Part shown: in pieces, positions 40,314 to 52,960 of the stretch
How the letters are laid out: every line of letters begins with the position of its first letter
Position numbering within the stretch: position 1 is the stretch's first letter
From: Callorhinchus milii
Lineage: Eukaryota
Direction of reading: 5' to 3'
NCBI RefSeq assembly: GCF_018977255.1
Contig: NW_024704742.1
Coordinates: 42,596,001 to 42,660,000, forward strand
DNA length: 64,000 nucleotides
Position numbers and translations under genes: made by a program
The notes under the pieces: generated by a model
Databases searched by the model: none
Told to the model about the DNA's origin: nothing
The model's input: the letters and a program-made list of their open reading frames with translations, nothing else

Positions 40314-41280
40314 AACAACAATAACAACAACAACAAAATTACATTTATAGAACGCCTTTCACATCGGGCGACATCCCAAGGCATTGGACAGTCAGGGTCA
40401 GGACCCGAGCATGCGGTAGGGGTGGGTTAGGGTTGAGGGAAGACAGAGAGGTGGGAGGACGACTGAAGGCACGATCGAAGAAGAGGGTCTTGAGACCGGG
40501 CTTGAAGGAGGCAAGGGAGGAAGTGAGGTGAAGGGACTGTAGGATGGAGTTCCAGAGTGTGGGGGCAGAGAGGCTGGAAGCCCGATCACCAATGGTAGGG
40601 CGGGTCGGGCGGGACACATGGAGCAGGCCGGAGCCCGCTGAACGGAGGGAGCGGGTAGGTTGGTAGGGAGTCAGCAGGTCAGAGAGGTACGAAGGGCAAG
40701 GCCATGGATGGCCTTAAAAGTGAGGACGAGGATCTTGAATTCGATCCTCTGAGGGATGGGGAGCCAGTGGAGTCGGGTGAGGGTGGGAGTGATGGGGTTG
40801 TGGAGACTGGTGCGTGAGAGTACACAAGCTGCAGAGTTTTGGATGATCTGCAGCTTGTGAAGGGAAGAGTTGGGAAGGCCGATGAGGAGGGAATTTCTAA
40901 AATCGAGCCTTGATGTGACGAATGTGTGGGTGAGGGTTTCGGCAGCCTGAGGGGTGAGGCAGTGGCGGATTCTGGCAATGAAGATTTATATGTGAGGATG
41001 AGGATCTTGAAAATCATCTGTTTGAAGCCAGTGGAGCCTGGGAAGGATTGGGATGATAAACCTGTGGAGTTTGGAGTGTGGTGTGGGTGAGGACGAGGGC
41101 AGCAGAGATTTGGATCAGTTGGACCTTAATGGAAATGGGGAGACAAGCAAAGAATGCACTTGAAAAATTAAGGCAGGAGGTGACAAAAATATGAATAAGG
41201 GATTTGCCAGCATTTAATATGAGGTAGGGCAAAGACGGTGTAGAAAACCAATTTTAGGGATCAAATGTGAGGGAGTACAA
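40314..41280 (-). mobile_element. L2 LINE 3' part (40314-40980) adjoining an older L2 fragment (40985-41280)
   Basis: RPTIGDRASSLSAPTLWNS and LHWLPIP-type coding, (TTG)n tail at 40314; a second diverged fragment covers the same region. Confidence 0.9.
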
Positions 41281-44200
41281 TGTGTAATAAGTGTATGCTC
41301 AACATATTTGCTCATAGGATTTGGGGCTCCTTGTTGGATATTTATTTTCTATATAGAAGTGATTTGTGTGGTAAAACAAAAACTCGGGTTTACTTCCGGG
41401 TTCTGTCATTACAAGTCTTTACAAAGAATTTAACTACAATTCTTGTAATAATTATATTCATTCCAGTGATTATTAGTGAAACTTGTGCTTGGACGCAGTG
41501 AATGTTGTCTCACTGCAGAACAGCTGAAGAGGTGTCAATTTGTAAGGTACAATGTAGCCAAAAGTTGAGAGCTATTATGGTTGAAACAGCAGAGCACACA
41601 ACAAGCACTGGTACAGACTCGTGTAGTTGGGCTGAATGGTTTGTTTTCATGCTATACCACTCTATGTAATTGTTAGCAGAGCCGGCGTATGGGATTTTAT
41701 ATCAAAACTTTAGATCTTTATTCACCACTGATTATTTAAACTCCTACACTATCCTTTTGATGTGTCCACCAACAGGCATTCTCTCTGAGTTACAATAAAC
41801 AGACATTGTCTCGGAGTCTGTCACCTGGTTACTGATTGCTATCACACTCTTCCAAGCAGTTTAGAAACAAGGTTCTTTTAAGAGATTTTGCCCTGCAGGC
41901 AGCATCCATATTCCTGAATTGCTATTAGTCTTGTCAGAACAGCAGATATTTCAGCGGAAATTTTCCCTTAAAATCTCCTATCTGCCATTTATCATTTATT
42001 CCTCATTCTTCTTCCCATCCCTCCCTTTTTATTTCCCGTTTTATCTTATCCTCAGATATTATGGAGGACAAATTTGCAGGGCTATGGGGAGAGAGCGGGG
42101 GAGTCGAATTAATTTGGATAACTCTTTTCAAAGAGCACGATGGGCTGAATAATTCTATGATTTCCAGCAGTGACCACTAGGGGAAAGCACCTCTTGAATA
42201 ATGACACTGGTGCATTTTCAACCAGCGCAGAAGGATGAAATTCATCCTGGGTCTAAATTTATACTATTTACGTAGCAATATAGAGCACCGGAATATAACA
42301 AATTGTTGAATTCAGTCTTAGCTTTGAAGTAGATTTTGTGTAGTTCTTAAAAAATAGAAGCTCCAAGAAAACTGGCTTCATAATTAAGGCTGTATTTAAG
42401 AACTTGCTGAATCTTGGACTTGTGAAATGTTAAGCTAAAGTGGAACCAAACATTCTTCAGAAAATAACTTCACTTTCATTCTATCTTCACACATCTTCCC
42501 AAAACCACTATTCCAGCTTCTCTGCTTGTCACTAATATGTTGCCTGAGCATTTATTCAGCAATTCTAATAATATGCTATTTTATTAGTGCACATTACCCT
42601 GCATTTTAATCAGTGCACAATACCCTGCCTTTTCTATGGAGAAACTACTTTTGGAATAAATTTAAACATACTTTTCTCTCATCTGATAAAAGTGACTAGG
42701 ACTGCACTGTTCGGGAATCTGATATGGAAGTATAACTTATTGTGTGCTGCAATTATGGGGGACTATAGACCGGCTAAAGACCTTTCTTTTCAACTGCGCC
42801 TTTGGTCACAATCTTCCCCCTCCCCCTGGCTCGGCCCCGGGATCTGTTATTGTGAAGCGTTCTGAGATGCCATCCGGCGTGGAGGGCGCTATATAAATCC
42901 AAGAAGTTGTTGTTGTTGACTGTAGGGTGGGTATTCTGGAAGGATGACATCAGATGGGCCGAAGGGCCTTCTTCGCCTAAACCAATCTTGTGATCTTGTG
43001 TGCTGTACAATAATTATAATAATAATAATCCTTGCATTTGATATAGCACTTTATCACGTTGTTGAGACATATCAAAGAACTCACAGAATATACTGTTAAA
43101 TGAATTGATTGTGTATTTTGTGAGTGAAACGCAGCAGCCAATTGCGACCAGTAGTGTCCCACAAACAAAGGTGGCCAATTTGTTTTTGGGTGGGCAGGAG
43201 GAGTTTGTTGGATAGAAAGGTGGTGACACAAAGAAAGCAGAAGGTAGGGTTAAGTTGATGTTTCTTTCCAGTTGGCAGAAAAACAAATAGAAAGATGCAT
43301 CTCCTCAGAGAATAGCACTGGTTTGTTTTCATTTCTCCCAGTCAGTGGTGGCAGGCTGCAGGGCAAATTTTCGATTGTAGTATAATGTATTAGCAAGAGA
43401 GGAGCAGATTTCAATCATTTCACAAAGCATGGGGAAAAATGTGCACTGACTGAGCACTGGGTTCAAATCTTATTGATACCACTACAAATAGGATTCTTCA
43501 CCATTGTAAAATGCACAAAATTGAGGTCAATGCTTCTAAACTATTCTTTTTAGAACCGATAATCCTGCTGTTTCTATAGCGTGTGTGTTTTAACCCTTTT
43601 ACTTCTTCACTGAGGATGTACAAGTACAGATTTTAGATTTGATTTGGAGGAAACTGGCTATCCTTACCATTATTTTTATGAAGTGTAACTTTCACTGCAG
43701 AGTCTACACTGTCAGCCTATAACTGCAAACACATCATCTCAGAATGCAAGCCATCAAACTTTACAAGTCAAATAATACAGCAGTGAATTCAGCAACGCAG
43801 CTTGTGCCAACAGGATTCTGATTGTCCTTTAAATTCATTACCATCACTAAAAATGACAATTATAGACTACTGTTCGATATGTTAATTTAGTTACTTTAAT
43901 CCATTTCTTCAAGATATTAATTGAATGCTTCAGTAAAGCAAATCTCTTAAAATAAGAACTGTTAATCTGCTGCCTCTGACCTTACTTTGCCAGTGTTCAA
44001 TCTCTTTGAAGCCAAGTTCCATGTTTTTCCTTTTCATTGCAGAAATATGCAGCCACATGCTTTCAGATGATTTCATTTTCGTTTCAATAACTTAATCACG
44101 TTCAGCCTTTAAAATGCTCTTTTTCACCTTCTGTCCTCAACATGTGAATTTAGAATCTCAGGCATTTAATGATTATTCTAGTGTTGCCTTTGTAACAATT

Positions 44201-44333
44201 TCCATTTTTCTGTATCGCCTTTTACAATGAAATAGCAAGAAATCCCCTGTAAAAAAATCCATATCCTCTGTGATTTGCAGCCTTCACTAATATGTATCAG
44301 CTTTGCCGAATGTGGGCTCCAGAGGTTAACAGG

Positions 44334-44649
44334 TAATAATAATAATAATCCTTGCATTTGATATAGCGTTTTTCACATCGGGAGGATGTCCCAAAGCGCT
44401 TCACAGAACACACTGTAATGTGAATTGACTGTATATTTGCGGGTGAACGCGGCAGCCAATTGCGCACAGCAATGTCCCACAAACAGTCGTAGATTGAAAA
44501 TTACCAATTTTATTATTGTTTTTGTTTTGGAGGGATTATTATTAGGTGTGTGGAGTAAGGAAACTTGCCCAAGGTTTCGCCCTGCCTGGAATTGAACTCA
44601 GGTCTCTCGCTTGCAAAGCGAGTGCTCTAACCACTGAGCTACAGGACTC
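44334..44649 (-). mobile_element. Family A tRNA-Ala SINE, short subfamily, full length and young
   Basis: GAGTCCTGTAGCTCAGTGGTTAGAGCACTCGCTTTGCAAGCGAG: A-box and anticodon arm CTCGC-TTTGCAA-GCGAG (TGC, Ala). B-box GAGTTCAATTCC; probable TSD aggtaa on both sides. Confidence 0.92.
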
Positions 44650-44862
44650 TTAGGTAACGGCTAACTGGATTTTATGTGGTTTTGTGCAACATTTTCTTCC
44701 GAAAAGCAAATTTTAACCACACAGACCAGACGTTAATGGATTGAAATAGGCTCCAACGTTACAGAAAACATGGAAAATTAACTGTGCCGTTTGACATAAC
44801 TGGATTTCTAATACAAGGTGATTTATAATAATAATAATAATACTTGCTGACGAAATAATAAT

Positions 44863-44968
44863 CAGTTCTGACGAAAGGTCGTAGACCGAAAACGTTGTCC
44901 CACTTTCCTTTCTCCATAGATGCTGCCTGACCTGCTGAGTGTTCCCAGCGACTTCTGTTTTTGTTTCA
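44863..44968 (+). mobile_element. Penelope-like element terminal fragment carrying a minimal hammerhead-ribozyme motif
   Basis: cagttCTGACGAaaGGTCgtaGACCGAAAacgtt...tctccatagatgctgcctgacctgctgagt...ttctgtttttgtttc resembles the common shark Penelope terminal repeat; flanked by ataataat duplication. Confidence 0.75.
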
Positions 44969-46028
44969 TAATAATCCTTGCATTTGATATAGCTCCTTAT
45001 CCCATCTTCGAGATATCGCAAAGTCCTTCACAGAATATACTGTAAAGTGAATTGACTGTATATTTTCTATAGCGTGTTTCTAACAGAAGTCTTCAAGAAG
45101 GATTCCAATTCTGAAACAGTGACTCCTTTCTGTAACTGAAGGTGTATCATCGCACCCTTATTGAGGAATGGATCGAATTCAAGGTCCTCACATCCGCGTA
45201 CAAATCATTTGACACCCTGACACCTCCTTACCTCTTTGACTAGATGATACCCCACTCCAATACCCGCCACCTGTGCTCAGCTGGCTCCAGCCTCCTACAC
45301 ATCCCTCATCCCCTCCACTCTACCATTGGCAGCTGTGCTGTTAGTCACTACGACCTGAAAATATCTAAATTTCTGCCTCACCCGCTCTGCCTTGCCTCCT
45401 CCTTGCTCGTCTAAAGATCACACTGCTGTATGATAAGGAACTAGTTCTATGACAATTAGCCAGCAGAAAACTGACAAATCTTAGTTTTAACTTGTATTAC
45501 GAAGATGGTGATTTGTCCAAAAATCTTGGTCTCAATAAACAGCTAAGGGAAGTCAATGGGGATTATCCTCAATATATTAGTCACTTGTTTAAGGTCACTC
45601 ATATCATGGTATTATTTTTTTACATATATATTTCAAAGGCATAGGATCAATGACACCAAATAGGATAGAACAATTAGCTGCCACATTTTCCTACACAACT
45701 ACTGTCATTACACTACAAAGTAAATGTTTGGGTGTTAGTCAGTAGGTAGGACTCCCACCTCTGAATCAAAAAGTTGTGGGTTCACACCCCACATTAGGAC
45801 TGTGAACTTTAGACTGACACTTCAATGCAGTGCTGGGACAGTACTGTATTGGTGGAGGTGCAACCTTTAAGTGAGATATTTAACTGAGGCTAGTACTGTA
45901 TAAATCATTGTAATTCTATATTCTGAAGTGATAAGGCACTACTTCAAATATGCATATAATATTAAAAACAAAGTTAAATGAGGCCACAATAATCCTGATT
46001 CATCGCGACCTGTACAAATGTAGACAAT

Positions 46029-46189
46029 GGGGTTTAATTTGCAGTATTTCTTAACAGGAATTTTAAGGAATTGGAGTTACCCAAATAGGGAATCCTGGTA
46101 AGCAGAACACATCATGCAGGCACTCTGCTCCAACTCAATCTACTTCCAGTGTGACAGAATCCTGTGAAGAAACATTGGGAATTAGATCC
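46029..46189. mobile_element. Short MITE, GGG...CCC family
   Basis: Left gggtttaatttgcagtatttcttaacagga; right gaatcctgtgaagaaacattgggaattagatcc. Confidence 0.65.
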
Positions 46190-46389
46190 AAATACCAAAC
46201 CCGATGCTTTACTATATTCTCTCATCTCTTTTTGTATTAGTGTCCTGATCCTCCTTGATGGAATTTGCATATATATTGTTTAAAAGGTAAAGAATGATTG
46301 CACTTGAAAATGGAAGATGCTATTTAAGGCAAATATCAAGCACTTTCAGATCAGCTGATAACAGCTATCTACCTCTAGACTACTCAAAA

Positions 46390-46665
46390 AATGTATCTTG
46401 ACCTCCCAACTTCATACTGTGCTAAAATGGCATTTCCGTTTCCTGCATCAGTCCTCTGGTGGCTTCAGGATTGCAAAGCATTGCTGAATTAAGTGTAATT
46501 ATGCGCTGGGCTCACATGCACACACTATAGCATCTGGGTTGAGAAACAGAACCCTCATGGGCAGCAGGCAAAGGAATCTTTCATCCCATCAGTGTGAGCT
46601 GGATTGAAGCCCACATCCAGCAATTGAAAGCTCAAGGCACTCACTATCTCACTGGGCCATGATGC
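46390..46665 (-). mobile_element. LF-SINE-like ancient SINE
   Basis: Reverse strand gagctttcaattgctggatgtgggcttcaatccagctcacactgatgggatgaaag resembles the LF-SINE head; a related fragment lies at 47365-47460. Confidence 0.55.
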
Positions 46666-47804
46666 TCAGTGGTTCACCTACGACAATACAGTCACTGCAC
46701 TTGACAAATGCAAGGATTATTGTTACTGTATAAATATTATTCATATTAAACATCGATTAAGATCCATAGAAACACAGAGTTTTTCACAGACTTTTCAGCC
46801 TATTATGTCTGTCACTGCTACCTGTATTATCACATTTTATTACTAATTCCAATTTTTATCAAACTTCCCATATCCATTAACACTTTTACTGCTCAGGTGC
46901 TTTTCCACTTTCCTTTTAAATTATTCCATTGATCCAGCCTCAGTAGCCACTTGTGGTGATAAATTCCAAACCATACCAGCTCCCTGAGTACATAACTTCC
47001 TTCCAGCTTTGTAAAGCTTTGCGTTACCTAAGTCATAGAGTCATTTGTTTAATATCCTGTATTAGTACCTTCGGAAAGAGTTATGTGTTGTGGTTCGAAT
47101 GTCCTTATGCTGACCCTTAATCTACAGCTTAACATTTCCAGTTGCTGCCTGACTTTGGTTTAAGTGATCTCTGTCAGACTAAATGTGGCCTCAGCAGTGA
47201 TGTACACAAGGTTAGAATAACATCTTTGAATTTATAGTGAAATGCCCTTGAGAAGCAAGCAAGTATTTGATTTGGCTTGTTGACAGCAACTTCATATGAA
47301 CTGGAAATCTTCAGCAAATGATCAATAATCACCCACAGATCAATTTCATTGTGTGTCCTTGCTAATTCAGGATTGCATAAGCACTTGCTGAATTAACAGT
47401 AGTTTTACACTGTGGGTGCTCACACACATACACATCAGAATTTAGTTTGCACAAGAACAGTCATTACTAGCATTTGTAAAAGTGTACTGACCAGTGTGCT
47501 GACCAGTGCTATAGGTCACAGTCTCATCACTTGTGTACAAATAAAACAGATCAATACAAATTAAAGAGTTTAGATTTTTTCAAATATCAAAATAAATAAT
47601 AACAATCCTTGCATTTGACATAGCGCCTTATTATGTTTTCGGTTCATCTCAATGCGCTTCACAGAATATACTGTAAAGTGTATACTTTATACTTTTGGGT
47701 GAAATGCAGCATTTCATTCAAAGCCTTTCACTGAATTCCACTAAAATCCACAAACATTATCAAGAGCCTTGCAGTGATGAGCATTATTTCTTCTGGAGTA
47801 TTCT

Positions 47805-49338
47805 GGAGTTACTGAGGGAAGTAAGGATGGAAATAGCAGAGGCTCTGGCCACAATCTTTCAATCCTTCTTGGACACTAGAGTGGTGCTGGAGGACTGGAC
47901 TGTTGCAAATGTCATCCCCCTGTACAAAAAGGGGCAGAAGGATAAACCCAGGAACTACAGGCCAGTCAGCCTAACGTCAGTAGTTGGGAAATTCCAAGAG
48001 ACTAAAATCCGGGACAAAATAAAGTTTCACTTGGAAAAATATGGGTTAATAAAGGACAACCAACATGGATTTGTTAAAGGCAAATCATGTCTAACAAACC
48101 TGATAGAGTTTTTTTATGAAATAACAGAAAGGGTGGATGGAGATAGTGCAGTTGATGTAGTTTATATGGATTTTCAAAAGGTGTTTGATAAGTGACACAT
48201 AAGAGAATTGTAAGCAAAATAGAAGCTCACAGTATTATAGGAACAGTGGCAGCATGGATATAGAACTGGCTGAGAGACAGAAAGCAGAGAGTTGTGGTAA
48301 ATAGTTGTTTTTCTGACTGGCGGGAAGTGTGCAGTGGTGTCCCCCAGGGGTCGGTTTTGGGACCACTGCTCTTTCTGATCTATATAAATGAGCTGGACTT
48401 GGGTATAGGGAGTAAAATTATAATAATAATAATCCTTGTATTTGATATAGCGCTTTTCACGTCTTCTCGACGTCTCAAAGCGCTTCACAGAATAGACAGT
48501 AAAGTGAATTGACCATATATTTGTGGGCGAAATTTCCAAGTTTGCAGATGATACTAAGATAGGAAAAGTAGTAAACAGTGAGGAGGATAGTGGCAGACTG
48601 CAAGAGGACATAGACAGACCGGTAAAATGGGGGTTCATATAATTAAATCTTTGAAGGTGGCAGGACAGGTAGATAAAGCTCTTAAGAAAGCTTACGGGAT
48701 ATTAGGCTTTGTAAATAGATGCATAGAATACAAAAGACAGGAAGTTATGATGAACCTTTATAAAACACTGGTTAGGCCTCAGCTAGAATACTGTGTTCAT
48801 TTCTGGGCACCACACTTTAGGAAGGATGTCAAGGCATTGGAGAGGGTGGAAAGAAGATTTACCAGGATGGTACCAGGAATGAGGGACTTCAGTTATGAGG
48901 AAAGGCTAGAGAAGCTGAGATTATTCTCCTTGGAGCAGAGAAGGTTAAGAAGAAATTTAATAGAAGTTTTCAAAATTATGAGGGGATTTGATAGGGTGAA
49001 CAAGGAGAAATTATTTCCATTGGCGGGTGGGTCGGTAACCCGAGGACACTGATTTAAAATAGTTGTTAAAAGAAATAGAGGGGAGGTGAGAAGACATTTT
49101 TTCACACAGAGAGTTATTCGGATCTGGAATGCATTGCCTGAAAGGGTGGTGGAAGCTGATTCAATAACAACTTTTAAGAGAGAGGTAGATAATTATTTGG
49201 GGAGGACAATTTTTAGGGCTATGGGGAGAGTGCAGGAGTGTAGGATTGATTTGGATAGCTCCTTTAAAAGAGCCTGCACAGATACGATGAGCCAAATGGC
49301 CTCCTTCTGTGCTGTGTAATTCTGTGATTCTATGATTC
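47805..49338 (+). mobile_element. CR1 LINE, 5'-truncated ORF2 (RT) through the 3' end; decayed
   Basis: [64 protein letters not shown] and RPQLEYC motifs; ATTCTRTG terminal repeats; contains stops, an internal deletion and a SINE insertion. Confidence 0.97.
48420..48529 (-). mobile_element. 5'-truncated family A SINE tail inserted into the CR1 RT
   Basis: Interrupts GSK-ISKFADD; aaatt duplicated at 48415-48419 and 48530-48534. Confidence 0.9.
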
Positions 49339-49989
49339 AGTGTCTCAAAGTCTAACTAGATTTATGCACTGAGACTCGAGGTACCTTTCCACATTTCTAG
49401 GACTACAACTTTCAAACATTTTCAACAAGTCACAAACAGAAAGGTCATCTCCTAAGTCCTTATATGTGAAATCTGAAATCTGACCAACATGTGCAAAACC
49501 ATTGTCTGAATAAGACAAATATCTTTCAGACTTTGTGCTTTGTTGAGATATATCAATAGTTCTCAAAACGTAAAATCTATTTGTTGTTTATCTATTAATA
49601 CAGGTGATATTGACAGATTCCTCCCATGCCTTCCATGCACTGGTACAAATATTTGCTGGCATTTTCCACCTGACTCTGATGAACAACAATGTTCTCCTGC
49701 AAAGATTTGCAAATCTCTCCTTAACCCCCTGCTACAAGGAGCTAGCAGATGGTAAAAGTGACTCACATTTGTGATTCACTTCCTGATTTCCCATGGTGCT
49801 AGCATTCACACAAACAACAGGTAGAAGATCAGCCAATAGCTACTCTCACCTTCAGCATCTACTGAACAAAAAATAAGCACATGGGCTACAATAAATTGCA
49901 ATGCTATAACACTGGAATGCTTTTATCCTTTAACCTCTATTTGCTGGAGATTTTCCGGTCTTCTTGTATTCTACCAATACTATTAGGAT

Positions 49990-50260
49990 CACACTCCAAT
50001 ACAGTGTTGGAGTGTGGGTGTGCTGCATTGTGAGAGGTGTCGTCTTTCGGATGAGACATTAAACCAAGGTCCTGTTCAGGTGAGTCTTAAAAATCCCATG
50101 GTGCTATTTGAAAAGCAAAGGGAGTTTCTCCCATATTCTGGCCAATAATCCCTCAGACAATATTAGTCATTTACTTCATAGCTGGTTGCAGGATATTGCT
50201 GTGTGTAAATTGCTGTTGCGTTTGCCTACAAAATACAGTCACCATACCTTACAGTAAATC
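49990..50260 (+). mobile_element. SacSINE1-like Deu SINE (core)
   Basis: gaggtgtcgtctttcggatgagacattaaacc...aatcccatggtgctatttg...gatattgctgtgtgtaaatt. Confidence 0.8.
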
Positions 50261-52583
50261 CAAGCAGGAGAGTGGGATTAGTTTGGTAGAGAAAATGAAA
50301 TGTGCTGACTTGGTGAGTTTAATGGCCTGTTTCTGTGCTGTGAGATTCAATTCTATGATTTGAGAACATGAAGTAAAATCATGTATTTAATAGCTTCAGG
50401 TATGTACAGTATGAACATTTCTGATTTCGGCAAATCCTAATCTTGTGCTAAAACAAATTAAATTGACAGGTAAAGTCTCAAAGCTTTGTATGTTGCTTTA
50501 AGATTCATATCTGCCCTTATTCATATCTGCCTCACCCCCACCCTTGTCTCTTTCAAGACCTCTTCTTCGACCATGCCTTCGATCACCCTCCTTCCCCCCC
50601 TACCCTCCACCCTCCCTGATCCCAAACCCCATCTCGGGTCTGAAACACTGATTGTCGAGCACCTTGGGACGTCCTCCCGACGTGAAAGGTGCTATACAAA
50701 TGTAATTTTGTTCTTAAGCAACCTCCTCAATGAAAAGTCCCTTAATTCATGCCAATGGATCAAGACATCTGTAAACTTGAAACACATTAGTGGTATAGTG
50801 TTATTTAATTCAGTGTGAGCGTTATTGGAAAATATATAATGAAAGTCATGTAAATTAATGACTTGGACACTTTACCATCAGTGTGTTAGAAAATTTAAGA
50901 GAATATATGGAAAGGAAATAGTTTTGCAATGTTTACACAAATCCAATGACAATTCCCTTTTACTAAATAGAAGGAACATGAATTTTAAAAATTGCTCCAG
51001 AAATATTCAGTAACCATCTTGAACATAAGAAAACAAGAAAGGTAATGCCGGCCAACAAGCCAGCTACTTCTCTAAACTATTTTGATGGAACTCGATTTAT
51101 CAGGAACTATATCCATTTAATCTGACAGAAAGCTCTGATTAACACATTACCTGCAGCCAATTAAACACAGGACTATCTACAGTATTCAGTTCCACAGCTC
51201 TGTAAGTCAACTTTGGATGACTGCTCGCCACAGACAGTGCCTCCCTCATGTCCTTTATGGTATTTGATCCTCTCGGTCTTCATGACTATCTTCATGACCT
51301 CTTCCCTACCTGATACGTCCATCTCCTTTTTGAAGGATATATTCGACATAGCTTTTGCTCCACTTCCCCACTTACTCAGCTGGGAGTAAGAAACAAATCT
51401 TCGAATCTCAAGACTCATTTATGCAGTTACATAATGATTGACAGCACTGATTGGCACCCAAGAGTGAAAGTAAAGCCAATCACTCTTGAGCCAGTGGAGA
51501 AGCTGTTAACAGAGGTGATGGTTAATATTACTTTGCATCTATCCGCCGACTTCCTGATCTGAAACCTATTGTCTTAACAGGTGTGGAGAAGAGATCTGTT
51601 TCTTCCTCTTTGGAAGGAAATACTTTCAAAATGTTCTTTGTGTTATCTCTAGAGAAATGTTATTTGCCATTGAAATGATTTCCTTCCAATCAGAATGTTC
51701 TGTTTTAATGTCATTACACTTTTACTTTTCTATTTGTAATAGACAGGCCTCCAATCAACTTGCTTGAGACCGATCCGTATCATTTACACAGTTGTTAAGT
51801 GGCAGCAAGCTAAATAATTCTGTGCTTGAAAGATAGAATTACTGGTATATTGAGTTCACCCTGGGTCTTATTATGTTCTTTATAGAACTTGCATATCTGT
51901 CCTTCTTTCATTTTAACATTCTAGTGCGTAAATACAGGATTGAGCCAAGTTGGTTTTGACTGAGTAATGAGAACAAGAGGTGGCCACTTGCATAGATTTT
52001 TAAACACCGCCTTCAGTTGAATATGTAAATGATGTGAGAAAATTTTTATAGCACTATCAAAACATTTTACAAGTGTTGAGTGTCAAGTGGACTGACTGCT
52101 TTTGTAGACAAATGCAGCAGCCGTTTGCATTAGCAAGGTCCCACAAGCAGCCCTGAGATGAACAGTCAATTATTCTGGAGGACTTAGGCCCAAAACACTG
52201 GGAGAAACTCCCGTCTATTTTGAAAAGTATCATAAGATCACAGGAAAGGGTCAGATGAAGACGCCCCTTGGTCCACTTATTCCCATCCCTTCAGAATACT
52301 CACCCACCATCCTCTCATTGCAGAGTCCAATGTCTTGACCTTACCTACCTCCTTCTTGTTCCTGATGTTAACTATTTATTGGGGATGATAAATATTTCTT
52401 GGTATCCTAAATTCTAAACCTATACCGTCTTTTTCTGTTGTCTCGGTGTATTCCAAATTATTGTTCTGGGTTTACACTCTCAATCGTGTTTGAAATTGTG
52501 TACACCTCTATAAGGTCTCTTCAGAGATCTTGAGGTGACATCCTCATTGTTTTCCTATGTCCTGTCTCTAAAGTCTGGGCAAC

Positions 52584-52960
52584 ACAACAACAACGACAAC
52601 AAATTACATTTGTATAGCGCCTTTCAGGTCAGGAGGACATCCCAAGGCGCTGAACAGTCAGGGATCTGCATCCAAGCTAGTGGTTGGAATCAGGAGGGGT
52701 GGAGGGCAGAGAGGGTAGGGGTAGGAGGGCGACCAAAAGCACGGTCGAAGAGGAGAGTCTTGAGACGGGCCCTGAAGGAGGCAAGGGAGGGGGTGAGGTG
52801 GAGGCACTGTGGATGGAGTTCCAGAGATGGGGCAGAGAGGCTGAAGGCTCGACAACAATGGTGGGGTGGGCAAGGCGGGGACGTGAAGCAGGCTGGAGTC
52901 CACCGAGCGGAGGGAGCAGACAGGTTGGTAGGCGGTTAGGAGGTCACAGAAGTAGTGAAG
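52584..52960 (-). mobile_element. L2 3' end
   Basis: LRSVDSSLLHVP-type coding, tail hairpin and (TTG)n. Confidence 0.85.

Noticed and set aside
44575..44649. tRNA-Ala(TGC)-like cloverleaf
   Set aside because: It is the head of a SINE with body, L2 tail and TSD, repeated in many copies, with imperfect T and acceptor stems; not a tRNA gene
47695..49319. Series of RT ORFs as an active retroelement
   Set aside because: 5'-truncated CR1 with stops, a deletion and a SINE insertion; no endonuclease domain
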